NCBI GenBank assembly: GCA_964016885.1
Contig: OZ024741.1
Location: forward strand, 413,230,001-413,294,000
Direction of reading: 5' to 3'
Length of the DNA stretch: 64,000 nucleotides
From: Eledone cirrhosa
Lineage: Eukaryota
Shown here: piece after piece, positions 42,012-53,719 of the stretch
Position numbering within the stretch: position 1 is the stretch's first letter
Layout of the letters: every line of letters begins with the position of its first letter
Notes under the pieces: model-generated
Told to the model about the DNA's origin: nothing
Seen by the model: the letters and a program-made list of their open reading frames with translations, nothing else
Database searches by the model: none
Translations under genes and position numbers: made by a program

Positions 42012-42945
42012 TAGAAAGACCAATGGAAATATTGTATTCTTGGTCTGGTCAGATAGTATCAGTAATGGAAAGACCAATGGAAATATTGTATTCTTGGTCT
42101 GGTCAGATAGTATCAACAATGGAAAGACCAATGGAAACATTGTATTCTTGGTCTGGTCAGATAGTATCAACAATGGAAAGACCAATGGAAACATTATATT
42201 CTTAGTCTGGTCAGATAGTATCAGTAATGGAAAGACCAATGGAAACATTGTATTCTTAGTCTGGTCAGATAGTATGAACAATAGAAAAACCAATGGAAAC
42301 ATTGTATTCTTAGTCTGGTCAGATAGTATCAACAATGGAAAGACCAATGGAAACATTATATTCTTAGTCTGGTCAGATAGTATCAACAATGGAAAGACCA
42401 ATGGAAACATTGTATTCTTGATCTGGTCAGATAGTATCAACAATGGAAAGACCAATGGAAACATTGTATTCTTAGTCTGGTCAGATAGTATCAACAATAG
42501 AAAGACCAATAGAAACATTGTATTCTTGGTCTGGTCAGATAGTATCAACAATGGAAAGACCAATAGAAACATTGTATTCTTGGTCTGGTCAGATAGTATG
42601 AACAATAGAAAGACCAATGGAAACATTATATTCTTAGTCTGGTCAGATAGTATCAACAATGGAAAGACCAATGGAAACATTGTATTCTTGGTCTTGTCAG
42701 ATAGTATCAACAATAGAAAGACCAATGGAAACATTGTATTCTTGGTCTTGTCAGATAGTATCAACAATAGAAAGACCAATGGAAACATTGTATTCTTGGT
42801 CTTGTCAGATAGTATCAACAATAGAAAGACCAATGGAAACATTATATTCTTAGTCTGGTCAGATAGTATCAACAATGGAAAGACCAATAGAAACATTGTA
42901 TTCTTGGTCTGGTCAGATAGTATCAACAATAGAAAGACCAATAGA
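41915..42945. repeat. 54-bp minisatellite (~17 copies); first unit interrupted by an RTE 3' tail at 41950-42010
   Basis: Unit AATGGAAAGACCAATGGAAACATTGTATTCTTGGTCTGGTCAGATAGTATCAAC; insert GCAAGCGTGGAAGATGGACGTTAAAC(GAT)n. Confidence 0.96.
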
Positions 42946-43372
42946 TACAGAATATGGTTGTGGTCTAATGTTGTTTTATGAGGGCATGAGGGAATGATCC
43001 ATATGTATAGACTTTTCATTGTCTTTGCCCTGTGCACCCCCTATTTTGAATTTATATTCTAAAGACTTGCAGGCTTTTTTTGAAGCTATCATATATTAGA
43101 CATCACACTACCTGATCTGTTTACCTCTATTCTCCCTTCGTTATCAGTTGACACACTTGCGATGCTTTTTCTTCTATATTTGTGTAATTGGCCCAAAGAC
43201 ATAACTTATCTCTACTTGTTTTGTTATGTCCCAATGTGCACTGGAATGTATAGTGTCAACCTTTATGTACTGCAACCATAGTGATTTCTAGAGGTTGACT
43301 GAGGAGATGGGACTGTCTGTCTTTCCATTGTTTTTTCCATTGTCCTTGTCCTGTGCACCCCCTATTTTGAGA

Positions 43373-43399
<27 letters not shown>

Positions 43400-43403
<4 letters not shown>

Positions 43404-43510
43404 GGTTTGTTGGTTCACCACTGGATAGAACTGGTCATTCCATATAGTAATGAAATGATCATAGTATAATAAACCTTTTAAGGAATTACACCAGTCCAGC
43501 CTCCTGTCAT
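43400..43510 (+). mobile_element. Penelope-like terminal fragment, homologous to 63160-63265
   Basis: GAAATGATCATAGTA...AAACCTTT.AAGGA.TTACACCAGTCCAGCCTCCTG is the reverse-complement homolog of 63163-63218; keeps only the 3' half of the hammerhead. Confidence 0.6.
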
Positions 43511-43539
43511 TTTATAATATATATATAGAGAGAGAGATA

Positions 43540-43728
43540 CATACAAACAAAAAAGGCAAGATGGAGTAGATAGAGCAAGATTAGAAGAATGGGGAAACAC
43601 CGAGGAGCAGGAATAACCATTGAAAAGGTCACAACTTGTGTGACGTAAGAATTAATTAAACAAGCAACTGGATAATAAACTAAAGTGAAACTCAATGTGC
43701 ATGTGTTTTCTTGGGAGCATAATCTTCC

Positions 43729-43732
<4 letters not shown>
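43540..43732 (+). mobile_element. Diverged solo copy of the pseudo-LTR that forms the 52285-52815 palindrome
   Basis: Colinear similarity: ACAAACAAAA...GGTCACA-N5-TGTGACG...AAGTGAAA...GTGC.TGTGTTT...CTTCCC. Confidence 0.7.
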
Positions 43733-43771
<39 letters not shown>

Positions 43772-44095
43772 ATTCAAGTGCAAATGTCCTGTATAGAAAT
43801 ATATCAAACAATAAAACAGGAGATAATTTTCAAAGAATGTCAGAACATATCAATCACCAATGAGCATTATAGACAGTTTAACAAAATATCAAACGGTACA
43901 TACCGGATATCAAATAATTATTTACCTCTCTCATGCATAATTCCTTAAAGGCTACAGAACCATGTTTCACCTTTGGAATGGCTAGTTCTATGGTTTGTAA
44001 TAAGAGCTCAGAATTTATCGTTAAGCTTTCATTCCAGGCAATATGGCACATGGCTTTAATTTTCTCAGACATGACATTTTTATTCATTTTAGTCA

Positions 44096-44214
44096 TATAT
44101 ATATATATATATATATATTCTGTATATATATGTGTGTGTGTATGGCTATGTTTGTGTATGTGTATGCTTGTACACACACATGTGTATGTGTGTGTATGTG
44201 TATGTGTGTATATG

Positions 44215-44245
<31 letters not shown>

Positions 44246-44425
44246 ATGCGTGTGTGTGTGTGTGTGTATATGTATGTGTGTGTGTGTGTGTGTATATGTA
44301 TTAATGTATGTATGTGTATATGTGTGTATATATGTGTATGTGTATGTAAGTGTACGTTTTATATATATGTGTATATGTATATATGTATGCGTACATATAT
44401 ATATGTATATATGTATGTGTGTGTA
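44096..44425. repeat. (TA)n/(TG)n compound microsatellite
   Basis: Directly visible. Confidence 0.95.
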
Positions 44426-44732
44426 AGTATGCTTTTGGGTTTTTTTGTGTGTGTGTTTGCATGTGTAGTTTTATTTTATTTTTCCTTTCCTTCTCCCTTC
44501 TCCAGCCTCACTTTCATATAGATTGCATTTTTGTTTTTATAATCCAAATTCAATAAACAAACCAGGATTTTTTCATTCTGAGGATTGAAAGCAAAACCTT
44601 TTGCTTTTAAGAAACCACTGGTAAATGGAATAATTGCCTTATGTTGTTTATTACATAATAATAATAATTAAGCTCTGTTGCCTACATAGAGCACTCTTTT
44701 TTCCTGGACTTTTCCGATGGAATTACTTCATT

Positions 44733-44787
<55 letters not shown>

Positions 44788-44789
<2 letters not shown>

Positions 44790-46079
44790 ATGGCCGAGCT
44801 AGAGAAGAAATTCCAAACATGGAAGCACGGCCTAGAGTCAAAAGGACTTAAAATTAACCTGGCTAAGACCAAAGTTCTAGTTTGTAGGAAAGAAAACAAG
44901 GCGGCGGTCCCTTCTGGGAAATGGTCGTGCTCGGTGTGTAGGAAAGGCGTAGGTAGAAACTCCATTTTGTGTCCTAAATGCAAAGTATGGGTGCATAAAA
45001 GATGTAGTGGGATCACAGGTAAGCTAACTAAGAACATAGATTTTACATGTGGCCGGTGTTCTGGTGCAATAAGTAGCAGCAAGTGCCCACACAATACTAG
45101 CTCTTTCAATTGCGCAGAGGGTTCTATAGAAATAGTGGACAGCTTCCGTTACCTGGGCGATAAAATCAGCAGTGGGGGAGGGTGCTCTGAAAGTACTGTA
45201 GCTAGAGTCAGAACTGGTTGGAAAAAGTTCAGAGAGCTTATACCACTATTAGCTGCTAAAGGGTTCTCCCTAAAAATGAAAGGCAGGTTGTACGATGCCT
45301 GCATACGAACAGCAATGTTGCATGGCAGTGAGACCTGGGCATTGTGTGCAGAGGATATACGCAGACTAGAGAGGAACGAAGCTTGCATGCTCCGCTGGAT
45401 GTGTAACAGTAATATACGTGAACGGCAAAGCATAAACGAACTAAGGAAAAAATTAGAGATAAGAGGGATCAGATGTTGTTTACTCGAGAGAAGGCTACGT
45501 TGGTATGGACACGTGATGCGCATGAAAGTCGATAGCTGTATAACAAAGTGCAGGGCAATAAAGATAGACGGTAGCCACGGAATAGGCAGACCTAGAAAAA
45601 CCTGGGACGAGCTGATAAACTCCGACCTCACACACTTACACCTCTCCAAGACAATGTCACTGGACCGAGACCTTTGGCGGTACTCAGTAACAGAGAAGAC
45701 CCGCCTTGCCAGTAGGCATCTCTAACAAAATACACCCCGTCCCACCACCACCACCCCCACCCCATCCACACCACCCCGTCCTATGTAAAGTTATGTTGGT
45801 GCCGCGCCATCCGGGCCGAAACAAATGAGATCGTGTAGGTGTCACGACAAAAAAACACACAGTCCACGCTGTAATGTGGCCGTGTAGGCAACACGGTAAA
45901 AACCTCCCAGACCCACACTGTAAATGTGGTTGGTGTTAGGAAGGGCATCCAACTGTAGAAAACCTGCCAGACAGTCCTATGCGAGCAAGACAATCACTCT
46001 TGCCTCAAGTGGGACTACCCCCGTCCAAACCCATGCAAGCGTGGAAACGGACGTTAAACGTTGATGATGATGATGATGA

Positions 46080-46083
<4 letters not shown>
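44788..46083 (+). mobile_element. 5'-truncated RTE-clade LINE (family A): RT C-terminal half, ~340-nt 3'UTR, (GAT)n tail
   Basis: Motifs GLKINLAKTK, FRYLG, LHGSETW, RRLRWYGHVMR, GRPRKTW, DRDLWR; stop at 45725; flanked by (TA)n. Confidence 0.93.
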
Positions 46084-46120
<37 letters not shown>

Positions 46121-46241
46121 CACCAAAATGGCCGACAGAATACACACGTGTCTTTCTTTCCTCCGTTTTTCTCTGTTTTTTTCCTGTTCCTTCCTCTTCT
46201 CACTCTCTATCTTTCTATTTTATCTTTTATTTCTAACTCTA

Positions 46242-46276
46242 TCTTCTGATGAAGGACTAGTGTCCGAAATGTTAAA
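46242..46276 (+). ncRNA. Minimal type I hammerhead ribozyme motif in a PLE-like fragment (~46120-46365)
   Basis: CTGATGA-A-GGAC-TAGT-GTCC-GAAA-TGTTA; stem II perfect, stem I eroded. Confidence 0.7.
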
Positions 46277-46549
46277 ACTCTTTTCCTATTATTTCAAACG
46301 TTAAACTAATATATTTCTTCAAAGTATTGTGTTGTTTGCTTTGTTATTTCTATTTACTTTTTACATACATATATATAAATATACTGTGTACACACACAAT
46401 AGACAACAGAGGCCACGTGTTGTCCCTCTCTGACTAAAAACTTTCCCCCTCGCAAAACCCCCATTTGATGGATGCGAAATCCAAAATATAGGGACAATTA
46501 AATCACTTCCAAGGTAACTCTATCTCGTGTTATTATTTTTACACTCTTT

Positions 46550-46702
46550 AGGGCAGTGCTTTGACGCATAGAGTTACGGCCCTTGCCATTCTGAGTTCAA
46601 ATCCTGCCGAGGTTAACTTTGCCTTTCATCCTTACGGGGTCGATAAAATAAAGTACCAGTAATGTACTATTAATTGCTGGCCTTGTGCCAATAGTAGAAA
46701 CA
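46550..46702 (+). mobile_element. 5'-truncated tRNA-derived SINE with 18-bp target-site duplication
   Basis: B-box GAGTTCAAATCC; ATTATTTTTACACTCTTT at both 46532-46549 and 46703-46720. Confidence 0.88.
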
Positions 46703-46862
46703 ATTATTTTTACACTCTTTCCTATGTTCCTCTACACCCTATACGTCTCATTCTATATTTCCTTACATCTCCCTCATTACCACCTGATTCTGTTACTCGG
46801 AGATTTACCCATCTTCATTGTTGAGGCTTCCAAAACGACCAATTTTATATATATATATATAT

Positions 46863-47630
46863 ATCATCATCATCATCGTCTATCTTCCATGCTAGCATGG
46901 GTTTAGACGGGAATTGTCCCACTTGAGGCAAGATTGATTGTCTTGCTCGTATAGGACTGTCTGGTGGGTTTTATACGGCTGGATGCCCTTCCTAACACCA
47001 ACCACGTTTACAGTGTGGACTGGGAGGTTTTACCGTGTTACCTACACGGCCACATTACAGCGTGGACTGTGTGTTTTTTTGTCGTGACACCTACACAACC
47101 TCATTTATTTAGGTCTGGATGTTGTGGTACCAACATAACTTTACAGCGAAAGGGGTAGTGTAGATGGGGGTGGTGGTAGGGGTAGTGGGAGGGGGGCGGG
47201 GGTGTATTTTTGGTTAAGAGGTGTCTACTGACTGTAGGTTTTGATTTGTACATAGGCAAGGCGGGTCTTCTGTATTACTGCATAGCACCAAAGGTCTCAG
47301 TCCAGTGACATTGTCTTGGAGAGGTGTAAGTGTGTAAGGTCGGAATTTATCAAATCATCCCAGGTTTTTCTGGGTCTACCTACTCCATAACTACCATCAA
47401 TTTTATACAGCTGTCGTCTTTCATGCGCATCATGTGACCATACCAACGTAGTCTTCTCTCGAGTAAACAGCATCTGATCCCTCTTATTCCTAATTTCTCA
47501 CTTAGTTCATTTATGCTTTGCCGTTCACGTATATTACTATTACACATCCAGTGGAGCATGCAAGCTTCGTTCCTCTCCAGTCTGCGCAGTTCCTCTGCAC
47601 ACAAAGCCCATGTCTCACTGCCATGTAACA
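46863..47630 (-). mobile_element. RTE family A 3' fragment with small internal deletion
   Basis: MLHGSETWALCAEELRRLERNEACM...RRLRWYGH nearly identical to the 44788 copy; tail at 46863. Confidence 0.92.
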
Positions 47631-47817
47631 TATATATATATATAAAGTTTATCCCGGGTTCAATTGAGGGTAACCACAGTAAGTAAGGTACTTACTCAAT
47701 ACATAGCCGAGTATAAATGTTTAATATATAATTATTTAATATATTTAATATAGAAATGGCTTCTACAGGACTAGAACTGTTTCATTCGGGAGAAAGCCAT
47801 TTCTATATTAAATATGA

Positions 47818-48158
<341 letters not shown>

Positions 48159-48543
48159 TCAATGACACACGACCGTGACTTCTGGCGTCACGCAGTAATA
48201 CAGGGTACCCGACCTCCCATGGGTACATGCTGAAGCATATAAACAATATGCCCCCCCCCCCCCCACCCCCCACCGCAAGGTGGTCGTGGAGGTGCCACGG
48301 CAAAAAAGCACCCAGCCCACACTGTAAAGTGGACGTGTAGGCGCCAAAGCACCCAGCACTCACTGTAAATGAGGTTGGTGTTAGGAAGGGCATCCAGCTG
48401 TAGAAATCAAGCCAGATCAGTTCCTGTATGAGCAAGGCATGGTCAGCCGACCAGACACTGCCCACAACAGGACAACCCGTCTAACCCATGCTAGCGTGGA
48501 AGAACGGACGTAAAACGGTGATGATGATGATGATGATGATGAT
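48159..48543 (+). mobile_element. RTE 3' end, variant subfamily
   Basis: [12 protein letters not shown] end motif; UTR GTTGGTGTTAGGAAGGGCATCCAGCTGTAGAAA; hairpin and (GAT)n tail. Confidence 0.88.
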
Positions 48544-49587
48544 ATATATATGTGTATGATGGTAGCTAAGATGCTTCCATGGGCGGTAGCCTGTTGAGCA
48601 CTCTATGCTCTTACAGAGCAGAGTATGATATAATAGAAAATGGAAAATCAGTGATGCGTCCGAACTTATTGTGTGTTACAATTGATTTGCCGGCGGACAG
48701 CTCGAGACACAATCATTGTGTGGATCTGTCTGAATCTGGACCCGCAGGTTAAACGGACACGTCTAATGATTTCGGAGCATATTCTCTCACTGGGGTATCT
48801 GACCCTCTGGGCCAGTACCGTCAAAAACTTCATCCTCTTCGCACGTTCTGTGATTGGCCGCTGGTTATCGACGTCACCATAATTCTGACCACAGGTACCA
48901 GTCCGCTGACCATCAGGGCGTTAGCTGTCCCATGTCTGCTACACTTCAATAAATTACTGCTGTGTTTGGTTGTTCACACAACCACGCGCGCACACACACA
49001 CACACACAAGCACATAGATAATGACAGTTGTACGCAGAGATGCCCGCTATACACACACATTTAATGAGAACATATAAACATAGGCAGACATGCATCCAGA
49101 GAGGCACGTACACACATAGACACATGCTCACATGTCTATATACATCAACATACACACACACATACATGTGCATACACATGCATACACGTGTATATACATG
49201 AACACACAAACATGTACAGACATATACATAGACCCCCCCCCTCCACCCACGCACACATATACACATACACATATACATATATACATACACAGTTATACAC
49301 TCACTTGCAAACACACATATATATATATATATACACACAAACAAGCCCTTTCCCTACAGTGGGTGCTTGTACACACACACACACACACTGGCTCATATAC
49401 ACTCTTACAAATATGCGCATATTCATTTGCACACCCACGCACGCGTAAAAATATATATATATACATAAAAAGAATATACACACAAAGTCATATAAAGATA
49501 CACAATGGGTCATACATGAAAGGATGCATCTTGTTATAAATATATAAATATATCAAAAAAATACATACACACATATATATATATACA

Positions 49588-50675
49588 CTAGCAGAGGTAT
49601 CCGGCGTTGCTCGGGTATTAAATAGCAGTTATGTATACCATTTATGTCATTACTTCAGTGCTACTTCGAAAACAATACTTTTACAAAATCATCGGCTTTT
49701 TCCAAAAGGGGGTTCCTGCCCCCAGGGGTCCCCTACTCAATATGTGCCAATTCTGAGAGTTCACATTCATCTGTAGGACAGGCGTAGCCCATGTATCAAG
49801 TTTTGTGAAAATCGGTTGCGAACTCCAGAAGTTATGACGTTTTGTTGCATTGCACTGCAGTTCTTTAGTCGACTCCAAGGAAGCGGTTGAAGGGGGGTTA
49901 TCTGCCAGGAGGCCCTATAATAAATATCTGGAAAAATGAAAGTGCCCATGACCATCCGGAGTACATAAGTAACCTATGTCTTAAGTTTGGTGAAAATACT
50001 GTAGAAAAGCATAAGGTTTATACACGCGCACGCTCGTGTGTGTGTGTGTTTGTGTGTGTGTGTGTAGGGGGGGGGGGGTATGTATTTGTGTGTGCGTATG
50101 TATGTGTATGTCCGTCGGGGCATACGTATGTACTGGCTTAAATCTTCACTATTTACTTTTACTATTTTAATAACCTCTGTCATTTTCGTTTTCAATTTTA
50201 TTTACATCATTCTTAAACTCCGTGGCTGGAAATCATTCTGTTATGTTAAATAGAATATTAGTCTAACGACTCCATTTATACCATAAACTTGGTCTTGTCT
50301 TTGCATGAAATTGTTCTTCTCGCTCCACATAACAACGTATTATCCTCGCTTTTTTCCTGTTCATTGCCAGGGAATGTCTTCACGAACCAAAATATCGTCT
50401 TCCTGTTTTCGTTCGGGTGCAACGTTTCTCGAAATATTTACTTCTGCATTCACAGATTACTCTCAGTTCAATTTGAATGGGAAATTCCTGTTTCATAGAT
50501 TTTCTCCGTAACCATGGAAGCTTGTACCCTAAAAGTCAACCCAACGCCTCTTCGGGTCATTCTGAATAACTGTGTAAATTTTCGCTGCATTCCACCAAGC
50601 CGTTTCGACGTTTATTCGACTACACCTACTTACTTAAATATACAACGTCTGACCACTTCCAATTTATATAGTAAA
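49588..50675 (-). mobile_element. Non-autonomous Helitron
   Basis: Minus-strand 3' end CCCGAGCAACGCCGG hairpin ~9 nt before terminal CTAG|T; 5' end A|TTTACTATATAAA (degenerate TC start); no TSD; internal microsatellite. Confidence 0.75.
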
Positions 50676-51323
50676 TATATATATAAAAATGTATAAAAAT
50701 ATACATATAACGGCACATAAAGATACACAGTGTGCTATACATGAAAGGGTGCACCTTGTTATATGTGTCTACAGAGATGTTGTTACATTGCAAACATAGA
50801 TCAATCCACATATGGAATCTTCACGCAAAGCCACATAATGGGCGTTCATGGTATTACAGTAAATAGTACGTGCAGACCGTACATAGAAAATGTGTGCAGA
50901 AAATATATACAAAAAGAAGAAGGAACGTGTATGCGTTTGAGATAGTACATAAGAGAAGTATGAGATACACACGTGGGTCTGTATACGGAATATACATTAG
51001 GTGTTACAAAATGGAATGCGTGGAGAGTATGCACCTCTACTGAAAAGATACACATGCAGGGGGGTGCGTGGACCGGCGATACTGGAGTATGTCACTGTGG
51101 TTGAGGTATAGTGTCTTATTGGTGTAAGGCACTTGACTGAATATCAATGGAATCCGGGTCAATCTGTCCAGGCTCAGGCGATGTTCTTGCCTAGGGTGAC
51201 GTACAGAGTCGGGTATGCATCGTGGGTTATTTTGGCTTACCCCACGGGGCGTATGTAGTCAACAGGGTATGGTGTCTGAACCCATTTCGCCACTCTGGTC
51301 AGCGTGTGCTCCGCTGCGTGCCT

Positions 51324-51730
51324 TTAGCCTGGGCTGCTCGGTGGATTCCATACGGAGAGTGTCCACCTTCTCTGGTGTCTGCACGTCATGATTATTTTTG
51401 ATTTCAGGTTGACTGCATCATCCTTCAGTCTGACTATCTCCATGGCCTCGGATAGGCATAGGCTACACATTCTATTTCCAGCCGAGTATGCATTCGCGTG
51501 CCGAACGATACTCCAGTTGAGGGCATATGGGGTGCCTTTGTCTTTCAAGTCCCACACCAGGTCCGCCAGCCTAGTAGAGTGCCTCTTGCTCCAGTCCTTG
51601 AAAGAGTTTGTGTGGTTATACATCCGCAATTTAAAGGTTGTGGATGTTGCGCCGATGTTGGTGCGCTTTATATTGTGCGTGCTAACCACACATTTATATA
51701 CCAGGCCCTTCGTTAGGCATCTTCCCTGCA
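51324..51730 (-). mobile_element. Penelope-like element C-terminal GIY-YIG endonuclease remnant
   Basis: [12 protein letters not shown]...TNIGATSTTFKLRMYNH...STRLADLVW...CSLCLSE...VN...CRH; stop at 51324; 5'-truncated at (TA)n. Confidence 0.85.
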
Positions 51731-51748
51731 TATATATATATATATATA

Positions 51749-51812
<64 letters not shown>

Positions 51813-51824
51813 AATGTATATGTA

Positions 51825-52260
51825 TTTGCCTATGTACAAAGCGAAATCTACAGTCAGTAGGCACCTCTTAACCAAATATACACCCCAATCCACTACCCCT
51901 ACTCTATCCTCCCACTCCCACCAACACCACTCTCTCTCTGTAAAGTTGGTACCACAACATCCAGTGCAAATAAATGACATAATGAAATGGAGATTGTGTA
52001 GGTGTCATGACAAAAAAAACACACGGTCCAAGCTGTAATGTGGCCGTGTAGGTAACATGGTAAAAAGCTCCCGGTCCACACTATAAATGTGGTTGGTGTT
52101 AGGAAGGACATCCAGCCATATAAAACCTGCCAGACAGTCCTATATGAGCGAGATGAGCGAGACACGGTCACCCGACCAAACTTGCCTCAAATTGGGACAA
52201 CTCCCGTCTAACCCATGCTAGCATGGAAGATGGACGTTAAACGATGATGATGATGATGAT
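51825..52260 (+). mobile_element. RTE family A 3'UTR and tail
   Basis: Homologous to 45710-46083 and 59740-60155; (GAT)n tail. Confidence 0.9.
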
Positions 52261-52441
52261 ATATATATATATATATATATATACATTGTTATACTTTGGG
52301 AGGGTCATGTTGCCAATAAGAAACACACGCACCAGTTGCTTTCACTTCAATTTAATTTAATATATATTTATAAATTTACAAATTTATAAATTTCTGGTTG
52401 GTTGGTTGGTTCCACAACCAGATAGTTGTTTATATATATAT

Positions 52442-52486
52442 AGTCATAGTTCTTTCGTCACACACTCTGTGACCTCTTCAGTGACT
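52442..52486 (-). ncRNA. Hammerhead ribozyme motif, left palindrome arm
   Basis: Mirror copy of 52614-52658. Confidence 0.8.
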
Positions 52487-52613
52487 GGGGATTTCTTTCT
52501 TCGTTTCTGTGCCTTTCCTTTCTTCTATCCTACGCCATTTTGTTTGTGTGTCACAAACAAAATGGCGTAGGATAGAAGAAAGGAAAGGCACAGAAACGAA
52601 GAAAGAAATCCCC

Positions 52614-52658
52614 AGTCACTGAAGAGGTCACAGAGTGTGTGACGAAAGAACTATGACT
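52614..52658 (+). ncRNA. Hammerhead ribozyme motif, right palindrome arm
   Basis: AGTCA-CTGAAGA-G-GTCACA-GAGTG-TGTGAC-GAAA-GAAC-TA-TGACT: 5-bp stem I, intact core, 6-bp stem II, minimal stem III. Confidence 0.82.
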
Positions 52659-53137
52659 ATATATATATAAACAACTATCTGGTTGTGGAACCAACCAACC
52701 AACCAGAAATTTATAAATTTGTAAATTTATAAATATATATTAAATTAAATTGAAGTGAAAGCAACTGGTGCGTGTGTTTCTTATTGGCAACATGACCCTC
52801 CCAAAGTATAACAATATCGGTTTCAACACACGATTTCAGATAAAGAATCTTGCTAAACAAATTCAGAAACGAAATATATATATACACATATACATATATA
52901 TAAAGAGAGAGCGAGAGAGAGAGAGATTTAAAAGAGTCGAAGTCAGTGTTGCAGTATATGTAGAAACTTTATTTGTATATTACAATTATTTCAATATTGA
53001 TCAGTTGAGGGTATAATCAAGGTGACAGGCTCCGACTGTTTTTTGACATCTTGTCAGATATACAAAAACACATCTAAACATCATAATAGCATTGAGTGCT
53101 TCAAATGGCACACCACCTTAACTGTGTTACACAACTA

Positions 53138-53445
53138 ACACACACATATATATACACACATATATATACACACATACACATATATATACACACACACATA
53201 TATACTTTTTATAAAATAGGCAATGTAAATATGTGTGTATTGGTGTGTGTGTGTGAGAGTGTGTATGAGTGTGTGTGTGTGTATGTGTGAGTGTGTGTGT
53301 GTATGAGTAGGTGTGTGGGTGGGTGTGTGAGTGTATGAGTGTGTGTGTATGTATGTGAGTATGAGTGTGTGTTGTGTATGAGTGTGTGAGTGTGTGAGTG
53401 TGTGTTGTGTATGTGAATGTGTGTGTGTGTGAGTGTGTGTTGTGT
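53138..53445. repeat. (CA/TA)n and (GT)n compound microsatellites
   Basis: Directly visible. Confidence 0.9.
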
Positions 53446-53719
53446 ATTTAAAGCTGTCCCAGAATCTCTGTATTTGAAGTAAAACATCTGTTGCTTCAAT
53501 CAATCTTTAAACAATGTTTATATCACATGTCCTGTTGTAACAACTGAGTCATATTTGGTGCTGTTGTTGTTCTTCTTCATTTTCTTCTCCCCCCTCCTCC
53601 TCCTCATCCCCCTCCTCCTCGTCCCCCCTCCTTCTTGTCCTCCTCTATGTGGTAAAGGAGTTGTGACAGACTGAACCAACAGCTGTTAAGCATATGATAC
53701 ATATATATACATCTGTATG

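Larger units (their letters stand above)
52285..52815. repeat. Perfect inverted repeat: 264-bp arms, 3-nt loop (52549-52551); inverted PLE pseudo-LTR pair
   Basis: 52285-52548 is the reverse complement of 52552-52815 by visual alignment. Confidence 0.95.

Noticed and set aside
41977-42981. 18-aa repeat protein or tandem hammerhead satellite
   Set aside because: The poly-Met start comes from an RTE (GAT)n tail; no CUGANGA core on either strand
43012-43370. ~37-bp direct repeats about 320 bp apart, as possible LTRs
   Set aside because: Too short, no TG...CA termini, PBS or recognisable internal coding sequence
43878-44095. Short non-repetitive ORFs on both strands
   Set aside because: No recognisable motif or clear splice signals; bounded by microsatellite
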